Source: Centroscyllium fabricii (Eukaryota). Taken from it: DNA of 64,000 bases. The stretch lies in the NCBI GenBank assembly GCA_051313645.2, contig JBNRSN020000002.1:36704001-36768000 (forward strand), written 5' to 3'. A model generated the notes under the pieces. That model had not been told where the DNA came from. It searched no databases and was given only the letters and a program-made list of their open reading frames with translations. Shown here piece by piece: positions 1 to 11,493 of the stretch (within the stretch, counting starts at the first letter, position 1; each line of letters starts with the position of its first letter). A program made the position numbers and the translations under genes.

Positions 1-159
1 TGGCTGAAGATTGTCGGAATGATGGAAAGATGGAATGGCGGCGCGCACAGACGCAGCGGCTTTGCTGGACTCTTGGGAGCTTGCAAGATCACATTTCGTT
101 GTTCGTGTACTTGTACATTGTATAATGACAATAAAGTTGAATTATTATTATTATTATTA
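1..159 (+). mobile_element. 3' part of 5S-derived SINE with Rex1-type tail (cut by window edge)
   Basis: Near-identical to the copies at 11518-11802 and 30467-30760; ends ATGACAATAAAGTTGA(ATT)n. Confidence 0.8.
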
Positions 160-370
160 CCATTAGCTTTCCTAATTGTTTGCTGTACCTGCATGTTAAC
201 TTTTTGTGATTTGTGTACAAGGGCACCCAAATCCCTCTGAATACCAACGTTTACTAGTCTCTTACCTTTTAAAAAATATTCTACTTTCCTATTCTTCTGA
301 CCAAAGTGGACAATTTCACAGTTCCCCACATTTTATTCCATCTGCCACCTTCTTGCTCACTCAACCTGTC
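160..370 (-). mobile_element. Degraded CR1 ORF2 fragment
   Basis: Reverse strand resembles the CR1 W-Q-M...KCE...HFG region seen in other copies here. Confidence 0.55.
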
Positions 371-929
371 TAAACGAAGACAGTGAGTTTAGAATTTTAA
401 TTCCTGACAGACAACAGCTCCAAGATGGTCTCTAGCAGTATTAATCTATACCTAGTACAGATCCCTGGGGAAGACTTTATCACATTCCACCAATCAATCA
501 GATAACATTCTATTTATCCCTAGTCTCGGTCTCCTTCCCTGCAACCAATTATCAACCCATGTCACATGGTTACCTCCAATGAAGGGATGTGGAGTCCTGT
601 TCGTGAATGGCAACATGACATAAAAGTGCGCGTTTTCATGGGAAATAAACTGCTTGGCAAAGCTCTTAGTTTTGAATAGGAAGGAAGAAAAGCATTTTTT
701 TATGATGCCATGTGCAGGTGGTGCTTTCTGCATGAACTCTGAAAATTTATTTTAGCCGCTGCTTGACTGAGTTCAATGACATCAGTTGAACTGCCTCCAC
801 ACAGCTCTCCTGATATCTGAGTAAATGCAAAATATGGTCATAAAAAGAGAGGATCCCAGTTAAATTCCTTTTCTATCTTCACTTCGGCGTCCGATTGCGG
901 TAATTGTAGATGAGTCTCCCTGCTGTCTG

Positions 930-2455
930 CCACAGGGAAAGGCATCACAGGAATCCTCCTCAATTGCCTTCAAACAGTGGCTGAAGAGCTCCTCCCAGAG
1001 TCGCAATGTAGATTCCACCCACTAAGGGGCACAATGGACAAGATCTTCACCGTGCGTCAAATACAAGAGAAATGCAGGGAACAGCACCAACTGCTGTACA
1101 TGGCCTTCTTTGATGTCACAAAGGCCTTCAACACCGTCAACGGTGAGGGATTATGGAGTGCCCGCCTCAAATTCGGCTGCCGTCAAAAGTTTGTCACCAT
1201 CCTCCGCCTGCTTCATGATGACATGCAAGCCGTGATCCTGACCAATGGATCCACCACAAACCCAATTGACGTACGGACCGGGGTCAAGCAAGGCTGTCCG
1301 CACCAACGCTTTTCTCGATCTTCCTGGCTGCAATGCTCCATCTTACCCTCAGTAAGCTCCCCGCTGGAGTGCAGCTAATCTACAGAACAAACAAGAAACT
1401 GTTCAACCTCTGTCGCATCCAGTCCAGATACAAGGTCATCCCATCCTTTGTCATCAAATTACAGTATACAGACGATACTTGCGTCCACGCACACACTGAG
1501 GCCAAACTCCAAACCATCGTCAGCACCTTCACCGAAGCGTACGAGAGCATGGGCCTTACACTAAACATCCGTAAGACAAAGGTCCTCTACCAAGCTGCCC
1601 CAGCCACACAGTACTGCTCCCCGATTATCAAAATCCATGACGAGGCCGTGGACAATGTGGACCACTTTCCATACCTCAGGAGCCTTCTGTCAACAAGGGC
1701 AGACGTCGATGATGAAGTCCAACACCGCCTTCAGTGCGCCAGTGCAGCCATCGATTAGCTGAGGAAGAGAGTTTTTGAAGACCACAAACCTAGCATCAAG
1801 CTCATGGTCTACAGAGCAGTGTTGATATCCGCCCTCCTGTATGCTTCAGAGACATGGACCATGTACAGCAGGCACCTCAAAGCACTGGAGAGGTACCACC
1901 AATGCTGCCTCCGCATGATCCTGCAAATCCATTGGCAGGATAGGCACACCAATGTCAGTATACTCGCTCAGGTCAACATCCCCAGCATTGAAGCTTTGAC
2001 CACGCTCGATCAGCTCCGATGGACAGGCCACATTGTCTGCATTCTCAATATAAGACTCCCAAAACAAATGCTCTACTCGGAGATCCAACACAGCAAAGAA
2101 CCCCCAAGTGGGCAGAGGAAATGCTTCAAGGACTCTCTCAAAGCCTCTTTGAAAAAGTGCAACATCCCACCGACACCTGGGAATCCCTGGCCCAAGACCG
2201 CACTAAGTGGAGGAAAGGCATCCAGGAAGGCGCTGAACACCTCGATTCTCTTCATCGGGATGCAAGCGGAAGCTAAGCACAACCTGTGGAAGGATCGCAC
2301 GTCAACCCAAGCACCACACCCACCTGCTCCTTCAACCACCATCTGCCCCACCTGTGACAGACTCGGTAGGTCTTGCATTGGATCATCAGTCACCTGAGAA
2401 CTCATTTTTAGTGTGGAAGCAAATAATCCTCGGTTCCGAGGGACTGCCTAAGAAG
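930..2455 (+). mobile_element. 5'-truncated, frameshifted RTE-clade LINE (RT and C-terminus)
   Basis: ORFs 977-1378, 1333-1758, 1804-2397: PESQCRF, FTVRQIQEKCREQ, GVKQGC, LQYTDD, QLRWTGH, RLPKQMLY, terminal CPTC; short-repeat tail. Confidence 0.85.
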
Positions 2456-3335
2456 TTGTTGTTTCATCTTTCACAGTAATTGGGAAGTTTCTGCATCTAT
2501 GGTCTAGGTTGGGGGAGAACAAATCAGTCCGGTTTCACACAGGCCATATTATGGGACATCTCCATGTGTTCCTGATGTGACTATAGAGTAGTCTGTATGA
2601 ATTGCTTGAATCCAACCCTCGCCAAAACAAAAAATTCAGAATGACAAAAATCTTTATGGAGTAATACCAAAATCAATCAACCGTATCTCAACCACAAAAT
2701 AACATGGTATAGGATGGATTACTGGGCACGTGCAATTACAGATAAAATTACTATCATTGCGTATCAGTTATGCGGTGTGGAAAAAGCAATTTATTTCTCT
2801 GGCAAATACAACAGATTTAACTAGAAGCTCTTTAACTGTAATTGAATGTTAGCAGTACCAGGAATACAGAAAATTAAACAAACTGCAGCAGTTTAGTTTA
2901 CAGATAATCAAACAGTGGCTCAGGGCCATTTCTGCATCTCGCTAATTTTTGATGAATTGCACCTCATGGTAGTTTGAACAGTCGTTTATTCGAACGAGAG
3001 CTATTAGGAAAGGCAGTTAACACAATAAAAACTCTTGTCCCTTTTCTCTTTCCTCTGTGCCCTTCTCCGCAACACGAGCCTTGTTAAGGACGGCACGGTG
3101 GCATAGTGGTTAGCACTGTTGCCTCACAGCACTAGAGACCCAGGTTCAAATCCAGCCTCGGGTCCTATCTGTGTGGAGTTTGCACATTCTCCCCGTGTCT
3201 GCATGGGTTTCCTCCGGGTGCTCCGGTTTCCTCCCACAGTCCAAAGATGTGCGGGTTAGGTTGATTGGCCATGATAAATTAACCCTCAGTGTTAGGGGGA
3301 TTGAATATGTGGGGTTACGGGGATAGGGTGGGATA

Positions 3336-5410
3336 TCATAGAATCATAGAAATTTTACAGTGCGGATAAGGGCCATTCGGCCCATCCAGTCCGCACCGGC
3401 CCAGAAAAACTCCTCACTGTTCTAACCCCAGTTGCCCGCACCTGGCCCATAACCCTGTATGTTATGGTCCTTCATGTGCTGGTCCAAGTATTTTTTAAAT
3501 GTTGTGATGGTTCCTGCCTCCACCACCCTCACAGGCAGGGAGTTCCAGTCTTCCACCACCCTCTGGGTAAAGAAATTTCTCCTTACCTCCCCCCTAAACC
3601 TCCCCCCCCTGATCTTGAATCTATGTCCCCTAGTGCTTGACTCTCCCACCAGGGGAAACAATGCCCCTTTGTCTACCCTATCGTGTCCCCTCATGATCTT
3701 GTACACCTCAATCATGTCACCCCTCCACCTTCTTTTCTCCAAGGCAAACAACCCCAGCCTGTCCAGCCTTTCCTCGTAGCATAGGTCCGCCAGACCAGGT
3801 ATCATCCTGGTAAACCTTCTCTGCACCCTCTCCAGGGCAGCCACATCCTTCCTGTAGTGCGGTGACCAGAACTGCACACAGTACTCCAGCTGAGGTCTCA
3901 CCAGTGTGTTATACAGGTTTAACATTACCTCCCTACTTTTGTATACTATGCCCTGGTTAATAAAGGCGAGAATTCCGTATGCCTTCTTAACCACCTTGTT
4001 AACGTGTCCAGCAACCTTCAGGGAGCTGTGCACCTGTACCCCCAGGTCCCTCTGCTCCTCGGTCCTATTTAACGTTTTGTTGTTCATGGTATATTCCCTT
4101 ACCCCATTTGGTCTACCGAATTGAATGACCTCGCATTTCTCTGGGTTGAACTCCATTTGCCATTTTTCTGCCCAATTAACCATTATATCTATATCCTCCT
4201 GAAGCCCCTTACTATCCTCATCGTTGTTTACCACCCTTCCGATTTTCGTATCATCAGCGAATTTGCTGATCGTACCCCCTACTCCCATATCCAAATCGTT
4301 GATGTATACTAGAAACAGTAAGGGTCCCAAAACCGATCCTTGGGGGACGCCACTGGTTACTGGTTTCCAGTCACAGAAGCAGCCCTCTACCATTACCCTT
4401 TGTCTCCTATCCCCCAGCCAATTTTCGATCCACTGTGCCAAGTTACCCTGTATCCCGTGCGCTCTAACCTTTGTTATTAGTCTCCTATGTGGGACTTTAT
4501 CAAAAGCTTTGCTAAAGTCCATATACACTACGTCCACAGTACTCCCTTCATCCACCCTCTTTGTTACTTCCTCAAAGAATTCCAACAGATTGGTCAGGCA
4601 CGACTTACCTTTGACGAAGCCATGCTGACTGTCTCTTATTAGACCTTGGTTGTCCAAATGCGAACTGATTTTTTCCCTCAGAATTTTTTCCATTACTTTC
4701 CCCACTACAGATGTAAGACTGATTGGCCTGTAGTTGCCCGGTTTGTCCCTACTACCCTTTTTAAACAAGGGTACTACATTAGCCGTTCTCCAGTCCTCAG
4801 GCACATCCCCTGACGCGAGAGAGGTCCTGAAGATTTGGGACAGGGGGCCCGCAAGCTCCTCCCTGGCCTCGAACAGCAGCCTGGGGAACATTGCGTCCGG
4901 CCCTGGTGATTTGTCCACCTTTAAGCCTCCCAAGATTTCTAGAACTTCTTCCCTTGTAATGGTAATATCCTCAATTACCCCCCCTACATTCTGTCCGATT
5001 TCGATGTCGGTATCGTCCCTCTCTCTTGTGAATACTGAAGAGAAGAATTCATTTAGTACCTCCCCCACCTCCTCAGGCTCGACGCACAGCTTTCCGCTAT
5101 CGTCTTTAATGAGCCCCACCCTTTCCCTCGTGATCCTTTTGTTTTTTATATAACTATAAAATGCCTTAGGGTTATCCTTGATTTTACCGGCCATTGTAAT
5201 CTCATGACCTCTCTTGGCTTTTCTTATCTCCTTCTTTAAATCCCCCCTATATTTCTTATACTCCCCTAGTGCCTCCTCAGTTTTTAGCCGTTTATATTCA
5301 TTAAAAGCCCCCCTTTTTTTCTTCATTAATTTACATATATCTCTAGACATCCAAGGTTCCCTTTGTTTGTCTCCCCCACCCTTAATTTTTGCAGGAACAT
5401 GTTCCTCCTG
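3336..5410 (-). mobile_element. Young 5'-truncated CR1 LINE
   Basis: Uninterrupted ORF2 portion; (TTCTATGA)n tail at 3336-3351; 3' ~0.9 kb nearly identical to 32402-33320. Confidence 0.95.
3422..5350 (-). CDS. CR1 ORF2 reverse transcriptase (partial, 642 aa)
   Basis: KSPGPD, YRPISLTS, DFSKAFDKV, GVPQGSVLGP, FADD, LEYCVQFWSP. Confidence 0.9.
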   Translation of the reverse strand: MSRDICKLMKKKRGAFNEYKRLKTEEALGEYKKYRGDLKKEIRKAKRGHEITMAGKIKDNPKAFYSYIKNKRITRERVGLIKDDSGKLCVEPEEVGEVLNEFFSSVFTRERDDTDIEIGQNVGGVIEDITITREEVLEILGGLKVDKSPGPDAMFPRLLFEAREELAGPLSQIFRTSLASGDVPEDWRTANVVPLFKKGSRDKPGNYRPISLTSVVGKVMEKILREKISSHLDNQGLIRDSQHGFVKGKSCLTNLLEFFEEVTKRVDEGSTVDVVYMDFSKAFDKVPHRRLITKVRAHGIQGNLAQWIENWLGDRRQRVMVEGCFCDWKPVTSGVPQGSVLGPLLFLVYINDLDMGVGGTISKFADDTKIGRVVNNDEDSKGLQEDIDIMVNWAEKWQMEFNPEKCEVIQFGRPNGVREYTMNNKTLNRTEEQRDLGVQVHSSLKVAGHVNKVVKKAYGILAFINQGIVYKSREVMLNLYNTLVRPQLEYCVQFWSPHYRKDVAALERVQRRFTRMIPGLADLCYEERLDRLGLFALEKRRWRGDMIEVYKIMRGHDRVDKGALFPLVGESSTRGHRFKIRGGRFRGEVRRNFFTQRVVEDWNSLPVRVVEAGTITTFKKYLDQHMKDHNIQGYGPGAGNWG

Positions 5411-6727
5411 TATGTGTCAGTGCAGGCTCGATAGGGATCTAGGGATATGGGGACAAGGCAGGGACTGGGTGCTGGGTTTGGATGATCAGCCATGATCTCA
5501 TTGAATGGCGGAGCAGGCTCGAAGGGCCGAATGGCCTACTCCTGCTCCTATCTTCTATGTTTCTATGTAAGACGACGCCTCGGAGAAGGACAATCGTCCT
5601 GAGGATGCACCTTCACACACTTCATCCCTCCTCCTTCCACCAGCCCCCGTATCCCCCTATTCATATGGTAGGAATTTCACACTCACCACACTGTGCAAAG
5701 AAATTGCTCCTAAATTGTCCATATGATCTGTTCATGGCCATCTAATATTTATGCCCCTTTGTTCTGGACTCACCCACAAGTGGAAAAGTTACTCCACGTG
5801 CACTCGAGCAAACCCTGCATCATTTTGAAGACTTATATCGGGTCTGATTAGTCTTCTCTAGAGTAAAGAGTCCAGCCTGTTCAATTTTTCCTGGCATCTT
5901 CTCAATTCGGATAATAGCGCAGATTCTGCACTTTCTCCAGTGCCTCAACATCCAGCTTCTATACTGTGCTTAGAATGTTATTAAAAGGGGGGATAATAAT
6001 GGAGGTAACTGCTTTCAATATTATCTAGCCTTCATTTATTCTCACAGAAATCCATATTTGATGTGCTCCTCTCTCACCCACAAAGCAACCAGTTCAATTA
6101 CAGCAGGAAGTGGAGTGGTCATGCTTCAGTGATATCTGCCAAGAGGATTCCCAGAAGCAAATAGTCTGTGGGGACAGAGTGAAAAATACAGAAAAAATGG
6201 ACTGGTGCAGAACACTGTTCCACTACCTCTGGGACGATTTGAATCCAGTCCTGACAGTTGGGATTAAAGTGTCCTCTCGCTGACAGCTCTAAAAGTCCTA
6301 AGTGAAACGTGTGCAAGCTAAATTCAGTTCGAAGTAGGTAGAAATTTGCAGTGTAAAGCTAGCCATAATTTGGCAAAAACTTTCCCAACATTTGCAGACA
6401 CTGAATAAGTATGGGATGTAGTTCCTTCATGATCTGAACTCGTGGTATATCTGAACTACTAAACTGGATTGGTGACATCCTCAAAGGATGCGATATTGCA
6501 ACTTTTGATTTTAATTTTTTTTTAATTAATGGGATGTGGGCGTCGCTGGCAAGGCCAGCATGTATTGCCCATCCCTAATAAATGTAATAAATGTTTGTCA
6601 GCTGTCTAATCTAATTACATTATGTAGAGGTTCATGAGGGAAAGAAGTGCTTGGTTCAACTAAGTTTCTTATTTTCATTAATGGTCTGATAGAGGTGATC
6701 AAAAGTAAATTGGCTGGCACTTCGGAT

Positions 6728-7072
6728 GACACCACTTTCTACACTGTAGTTCACACTCCTCCCTTCTACAAGACAAGTGACTTAATCACTGTGTAGGTGC
6801 AGATAATTGCAAGAAGTCACAACTCCAGTTTATAGTCCAACAGTTTTATTTTAAATCACACGCTTTCGGAGCGCTGCTCCTTCATCAGGTGAAATCAGTC
6901 TCTCTTTCACCTGACGAAGGGGCAGAAGCTCCGAAAGCGTGTGATTTAAAATAAAACTGTTGGACTATAACCTGGAGTTGTGACTTCTTGCAATTATCTG
7001 CACCTACACAGTGATTAAGTCACTTGTCTTGTAGAAGGGAGGAGGGTGAACTACAGTGTAGAAAGTGGTGTC
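6728..7072. repeat. ~345-bp palindrome built around two inverted hammerhead-bearing mini-elements
   Basis: Arms ~6728-6894 and ~6905-7072 are reverse complements with few mismatches and a ~10-nt spacer. Confidence 0.9.
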
Positions 7073-7074
7073 GT

Positions 7075-7452
7075 AGGGGAGGTGGTGGCAGTGGTTATGT
7101 CACTAGACTAGTAAGCCAGAGGCTCAGTCAAATGCTCTGAGGATATGGGTTCAAATCCCACCATGGCAGCTGGTGGAATTTAAATTCAATTCAATTTAAT
7201 TCTGGAATTAAATGTTAGTCTTAGTAATGGCAACCATGATACCATTGTCGATTGTTGCAAAAACCCATCTGGTTCACTAATGTCCTTTAGGGAAGGAAAT
7301 CTGCCGTCCTTACCTGGTCTGGCCTACATGTGACTCCAGACCCACAGCAATGTGGTTGACTCTTAATGCCCTCTCAAGGGCAATTAGGGATGGGCACTAA
7401 ATGCAGGCCTAGCCAGCCAGCGACACCCACATCCCATCAATGAATGAATAAA
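7075..7452 (+). mobile_element. tRNA-derived SINE sharing its 3' tail with the L2/Crack-like LINE
   Basis: B box GGTTCAAATCC; tail GGGCAATTAGGGATGGGCACTAAATGCAGGCCTAGCCAGCCAG matches the LINE end at ~57520-57590 (-). Confidence 0.8.
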
Positions 7453-7547
7453 GTAACCTCATTGTTCCTAGGGTGGTGCTTGCCTGACTGATCTATTTAA
7501 GCACCATTCACACCTTTGATTGCTATGAATGTCTCTCTGCCGAGGTG

Positions 7548-7702
7548 TGATGTAGGGCAGCTGGAAAGATTACATTGTTCTCCGTCTATATATGCTGTGT
7601 TTAAATACATCTCTCTTTCACCTGATGAAGGAGCAGCGCTCCGAAAGCGTGTGATTTCAAATAAAACTGTTGGACTATAACCTGGTGTTGAGTGACTTCT
7701 TA
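7548..7702 (+). mobile_element. Short non-autonomous Penelope-pLTR/retrozyme-like element
   Basis: Reverse complement of 30788-30935; contains a hammerhead core. Confidence 0.7.
7618..7654 (+). ncRNA. Minimal type I hammerhead ribozyme motif
   Basis: TCAC-CTGATGA-A-GGAGC agc GCTCC-GAAA-GCGT-GTGA; stems I and II pair; this copy has GCGT where others have GCTT. Confidence 0.65.
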
Positions 7703-8237
7703 CACAGGTGTAGATAGATTTGGACAGTGAGCAAATTAGTTAATTTCAGGGGTGAGAAGAGCAAGTCACTCTCTCGGTTAAGAAAGATTGTCTGTGATAC
7801 CACTTGACCACCTCTATACTTTATAAGGATTGGAAACTCTTTCATGACAAACATTGAGTGCCATTGTTTGGCAATCACATTCGATCCAGAATGTGACAAG
7901 GTAGTAGAAGGGATGGCGATTCTCATGCAATCTCTACTTGTCACCATAAACTACTGCAGAACATTAGTGTTATCACCTCATTGTTCTTCAAAGCCTGTAA
8001 CTATTCAGTTTGACAAGCCACATAGAAAAAGCCACCTATCGCTCCTGAATGCAGTGTAGCCAAAAACCATGTGGATCAATTGTTTGATATAGATGGTCCG
8101 TGCCCTGGCAACATTTAAAAAATATACAAGAGTTGTCAGATCTCCACAAAATGATGACCTAAGCAGCACTACTAGAGTTGTTGGCCTTTAATGCAATTTT
8201 GCACTTTATGCCAGGAACATAAACTTTCTGTTCCATC

Positions 8238-10102
8238 ATTGGTGGTCATCTTCCAGAACTCAATGGACTGTGGAACAGTACACAAGGATTGGAGGGTAGC
8301 TAATGTTACACCACTATTCAAAAAAGATGGTAGAGAAAAAGTGGGGAATTATAGACCGGGAAGCCTGACATCGGTAGAGGGGAAAATGCTAGAGTCCATT
8401 ATAAAAGATGTAATAGCAGAGCACTTGGAAAGCAGTGACAGGATCAGATAAAGTCAACATGGAATTACAAAAGGTAAATCGTGCTCGACTAATCTACTGG
8501 AATTTTTGATGATGTAACCGGTAGAATAGATAAGGGAGAACCAGTGGATGTGGTGTATTTGGACTTTCAGAAGGCTTTCGATAAGGTCCCGCATAAGAGA
8601 TTAGCGTGCAAAATTAAGGCACATGGGATTGGGGGCAAGGTATTGACTTGGATAGAGAACTGGTTGGCAGATAGAAAGCAAAGAGTTGGAATAAACGTGT
8701 CATTTTACGAGTGGCAGGCAGTGACTAGTGGGGTACTGCAAGGATCGGTCCTAGGACCCCAGCTGTTCACAATATATATTAATGAGCTGGACGAGGGAAC
8801 TAGATGTAGTATCTCCAAATCTGCAGATGACTCAAAGCTGGGTGGGAGGGTATGCTGTGAGGAGGATGTCGTGAAACTCCAGTACGATTTGGATAGGTTG
8901 GTGATTGGGCAGAAACATGGCAAATGCACTATAATGTGGATACATGTGAGGTTATCCACTTTGGTTGCAAAAACAGGAAGGCAGATTATTATTTGAATGG
9001 CAATAGATTGGGAGAAGGGGAAATGCAAAGAGACCTGGGTGTTCATGTGCACCAGTCACTGAAGGCAAGCTTGCAGGTGCAGCAGGCGGTAAATGTATGT
9101 TGGCCTTCGTAGCAAGAGGGTTAGAGTACAGGAACAAGGATGGCTTGCTGCAGCTGTACAGGGCCTTGGTGAGACCGCACCTCGAGTATTGTGTGCAATT
9201 TTGGTCGCCTTATCTGAGGAAGAATGTTCTTGCCATGGAAGGAGTGCAGCGAAGATTCACAAGGCTGATACCTGGGATGGCAGGAATGAAAAATGAGAGA
9301 TTGGGTCGATTGGGCTTATACTCACTGGAGTTTGGAAGATTGAAAGGGGATCTCATCGAAACCTATAAAATTCTGTCAGGCCTGGACAGACTGGAGGCAG
9401 GAAGGGTGTTCCCGATGGTCAGGGAGTCCAGAACCAGAGGTCGTAGTCTAAGGATAAGGGATAAAACACAGAAGATAGGAGCAGGAGTAGGCCATTCGGC
9501 CCTTCGAGCCTGCTCCGCCATTTTGATGAGATTATGGCTGATCATCCAAACCCAGCACCCCCTCCTACCCTCTCCCCATATCCCCCGACACCCACAACTC
9601 TAAGAACTATAACTCTCACACATACCATGGGCAATTTTTAGTATCTCCAATTCACCTAACCTGCCCGTCTTTGGGTGGTGGGAGGAAACCGGAGTACCCG
9701 GAAGAAACCCACACGAGCACAGGGAGAACATGCAAACTCCACGCAGAGGTGTCCCGGGCCAAACAGGATTCGAACTCAGGAGCTCCTCATTGCGAGGCAG
9801 CAGTGCTAACCACTGCACCACTGTGTCGTCCATTTAGGACTGAGATGAGGAGGAATTTCTTCACGCAGAGAGTGGTGAACCTGTGGAATTCTCTGCCACA
9901 GAGGGCAGTGGGGGCCTGTTCATTAAATATATTCAAGAAAGAGTTGGATATATTCCTTAAGGCTAATGGGATCAAGGGACATGGGGAGAAGGCAGGGACA
10001 GGGTACTGAATTTGGATGATCAGCCATGAGCTCATTGAATGGCAGAGCAGGCTCGAGGGGCCAAATGGCCTACTCCTGCTCCTATCTTCTATGTTTCTAT
10101 GT
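8238..10102 (+). mobile_element. Degraded CR1 (ORF2 3' half and tail), interrupted by a SINE
   Basis: ORF fragments 8191-8451, 8544-8996, 9097-9603, 9671-10009 with CR1 RT motifs; TTCTATGT tail. Confidence 0.9.
9465..9832 (-). mobile_element. V-SINE subfamily 2 with CR1 tail
   Basis: tRNA head, V domain and CR1 tail; same family at 41435-41805 and partial at 31663-31830. Confidence 0.85.
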
Positions 10103-10164
10103 GTTAGCATTGTACGGTCTTCCATATGATGGCCTACAAATAGCAGTTAGAATCAACAAATGGC

Positions 10165-10700
10165 AATAAAGGTCATCACAGCAAGAAAATGTCATGCTAC
10201 TGGATCCTTCCAAGCTGGTCCAGAACATTCTTTCACATCAGCTAATCTGCTGTACATAATTGTACAAAGCAGGGGGTAAGCACTATGTTTGAAAGGGGCA
10301 ATACCTTTATTGCTTTCCCTGTGGAAGGAAGGTATTAGCTAGACAGGGAACAGAGATTTTGCTGTGGCAGGGTTCCCTCCAATGCAGGGCATCATGATGA
10401 CTCCCATGTCAGTATCCTGGCTCTTCTTATCAATTCATGGACGACATGAACAGAAAGGGTTTGTACTCAATATGCAGATGGTATCTGAACACAGATGGCC
10501 ATTATCTAGGACGCAGCCATAATGTTATCATTATGCAGTAGTTCATGGTGGCCACATTATTTCAAGGAGATGAAACACTGAGCAGATGGCTCTTAGGAGG
10601 CCAGGGCGATCATCTGCAGCCATCGCTGCCGACCCCACTGAAAAACACAGTAATAGGAGGAGGACCACCACATATTGGATCCCTGGGCAGCCTCGGCAGC
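10165..10700 (+). pseudogene. Decayed PIF/Harbinger (HARBI1-like) transposase fragment
   Basis: Ordered remnants ATGSFQ, AGFPPMQGI, NRKG..NMQMV, WLLGGQGDHLQPSLPTPL in shifting frames. Confidence 0.6.
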
Positions 10701-10900
10701 CACATCATGTGCAAGAAAAGTTTCCCATCCAGCTTTGCCACCGTGAAATAAAGAGAGGGATAACAGGAAAATTATTAAAGGTCTGTCAACTGATTAAAGA
10801 AATTCAAATTTTAATCTCAGTAAATCGTGGTTTTAATCGCATATTTAATTGATGTTGTTTGTCGCCAGCATTGCTATATATTTATGTGTTAGCTTTACTA

Positions 10901-11432
10901 CAGGTTGCGCACCGGAAATCCGGCACGGGCGGGACCAGGGCCGTGCCGGGAAAGTGAAAAAAACGGCAGAATGAAGCCGGTCAGTGCGCATGCGCGCACC
11001 ATGCAAAATGGCCGCGCGCATGCGCACAACATTGGAAATGACCGCCGAACGTCTTCGTGGAGTCTCAGCTGACGGCCAGCAGGCTGCTCCGGGAAACGCG
11101 CGCTTCACCTTGGCGGGCACTCGGGACTCGCACATTCAAAACGCGGCGCGAGCCGCCGCGCCCTGACGCCACGGAAGGCCCGGCGGCCGTTTTGAATGAT
11201 CTGCGCATGCGCTAGCCGTCCGGCGACGCATGCGCAGATCATTCAAAACACCTGGCAGCCGTTTGGAATGATCTGCGCATGCGCTCGCCGTTTGGCGGCG
11301 CATGCGCAGATCATTCGCCGAAGCCGCGATCGCGGCTGCCATCTTGCGCATGCGCAGTGCAGTCGGGGCAATTTGTTCTGGCACACTGAAGCTGCCGGCA
11401 TTTCGGGTCACGGATTTTCGGTGCACAACCTG
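10901..11432 (-). mobile_element. Tc1/mariner-pogo-type MITE rich in GCGCATGCGC
   Basis: TIR CAGGTTG(C/T)GCACC...GGTGCACAACCTG flanked by TA. Confidence 0.85.
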
Positions 11433-11493
11433 TATTAGCGTTTGTGGCTGCCACCTTGACTATGATGGTTAGTGTCTGCTTGACCCGGTGCCA

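Larger units (their letters stand above)
3091..5548 (+). mobile_element. HE1-type tRNA-derived V-SINE with CR1 tail, split by a CR1 insertion (3091-3336 and ~5410-5548)
   Basis: tRNA A/B boxes (TGGCATAGTGG, GGTTCAAATCC), V-domain GGAGTTTGCACATTCTCCCC; the halves join to match the intact copy at 63311-63716. Confidence 0.85.

Noticed and set aside
3091-3160. tRNA genes at V-SINE heads
   Set aside because: They continue directly into V domain and CR1 tail; these are SINE heads
6078-6165. Minus-strand exon with good splice signals
   Set aside because: Stop codons in all three frames
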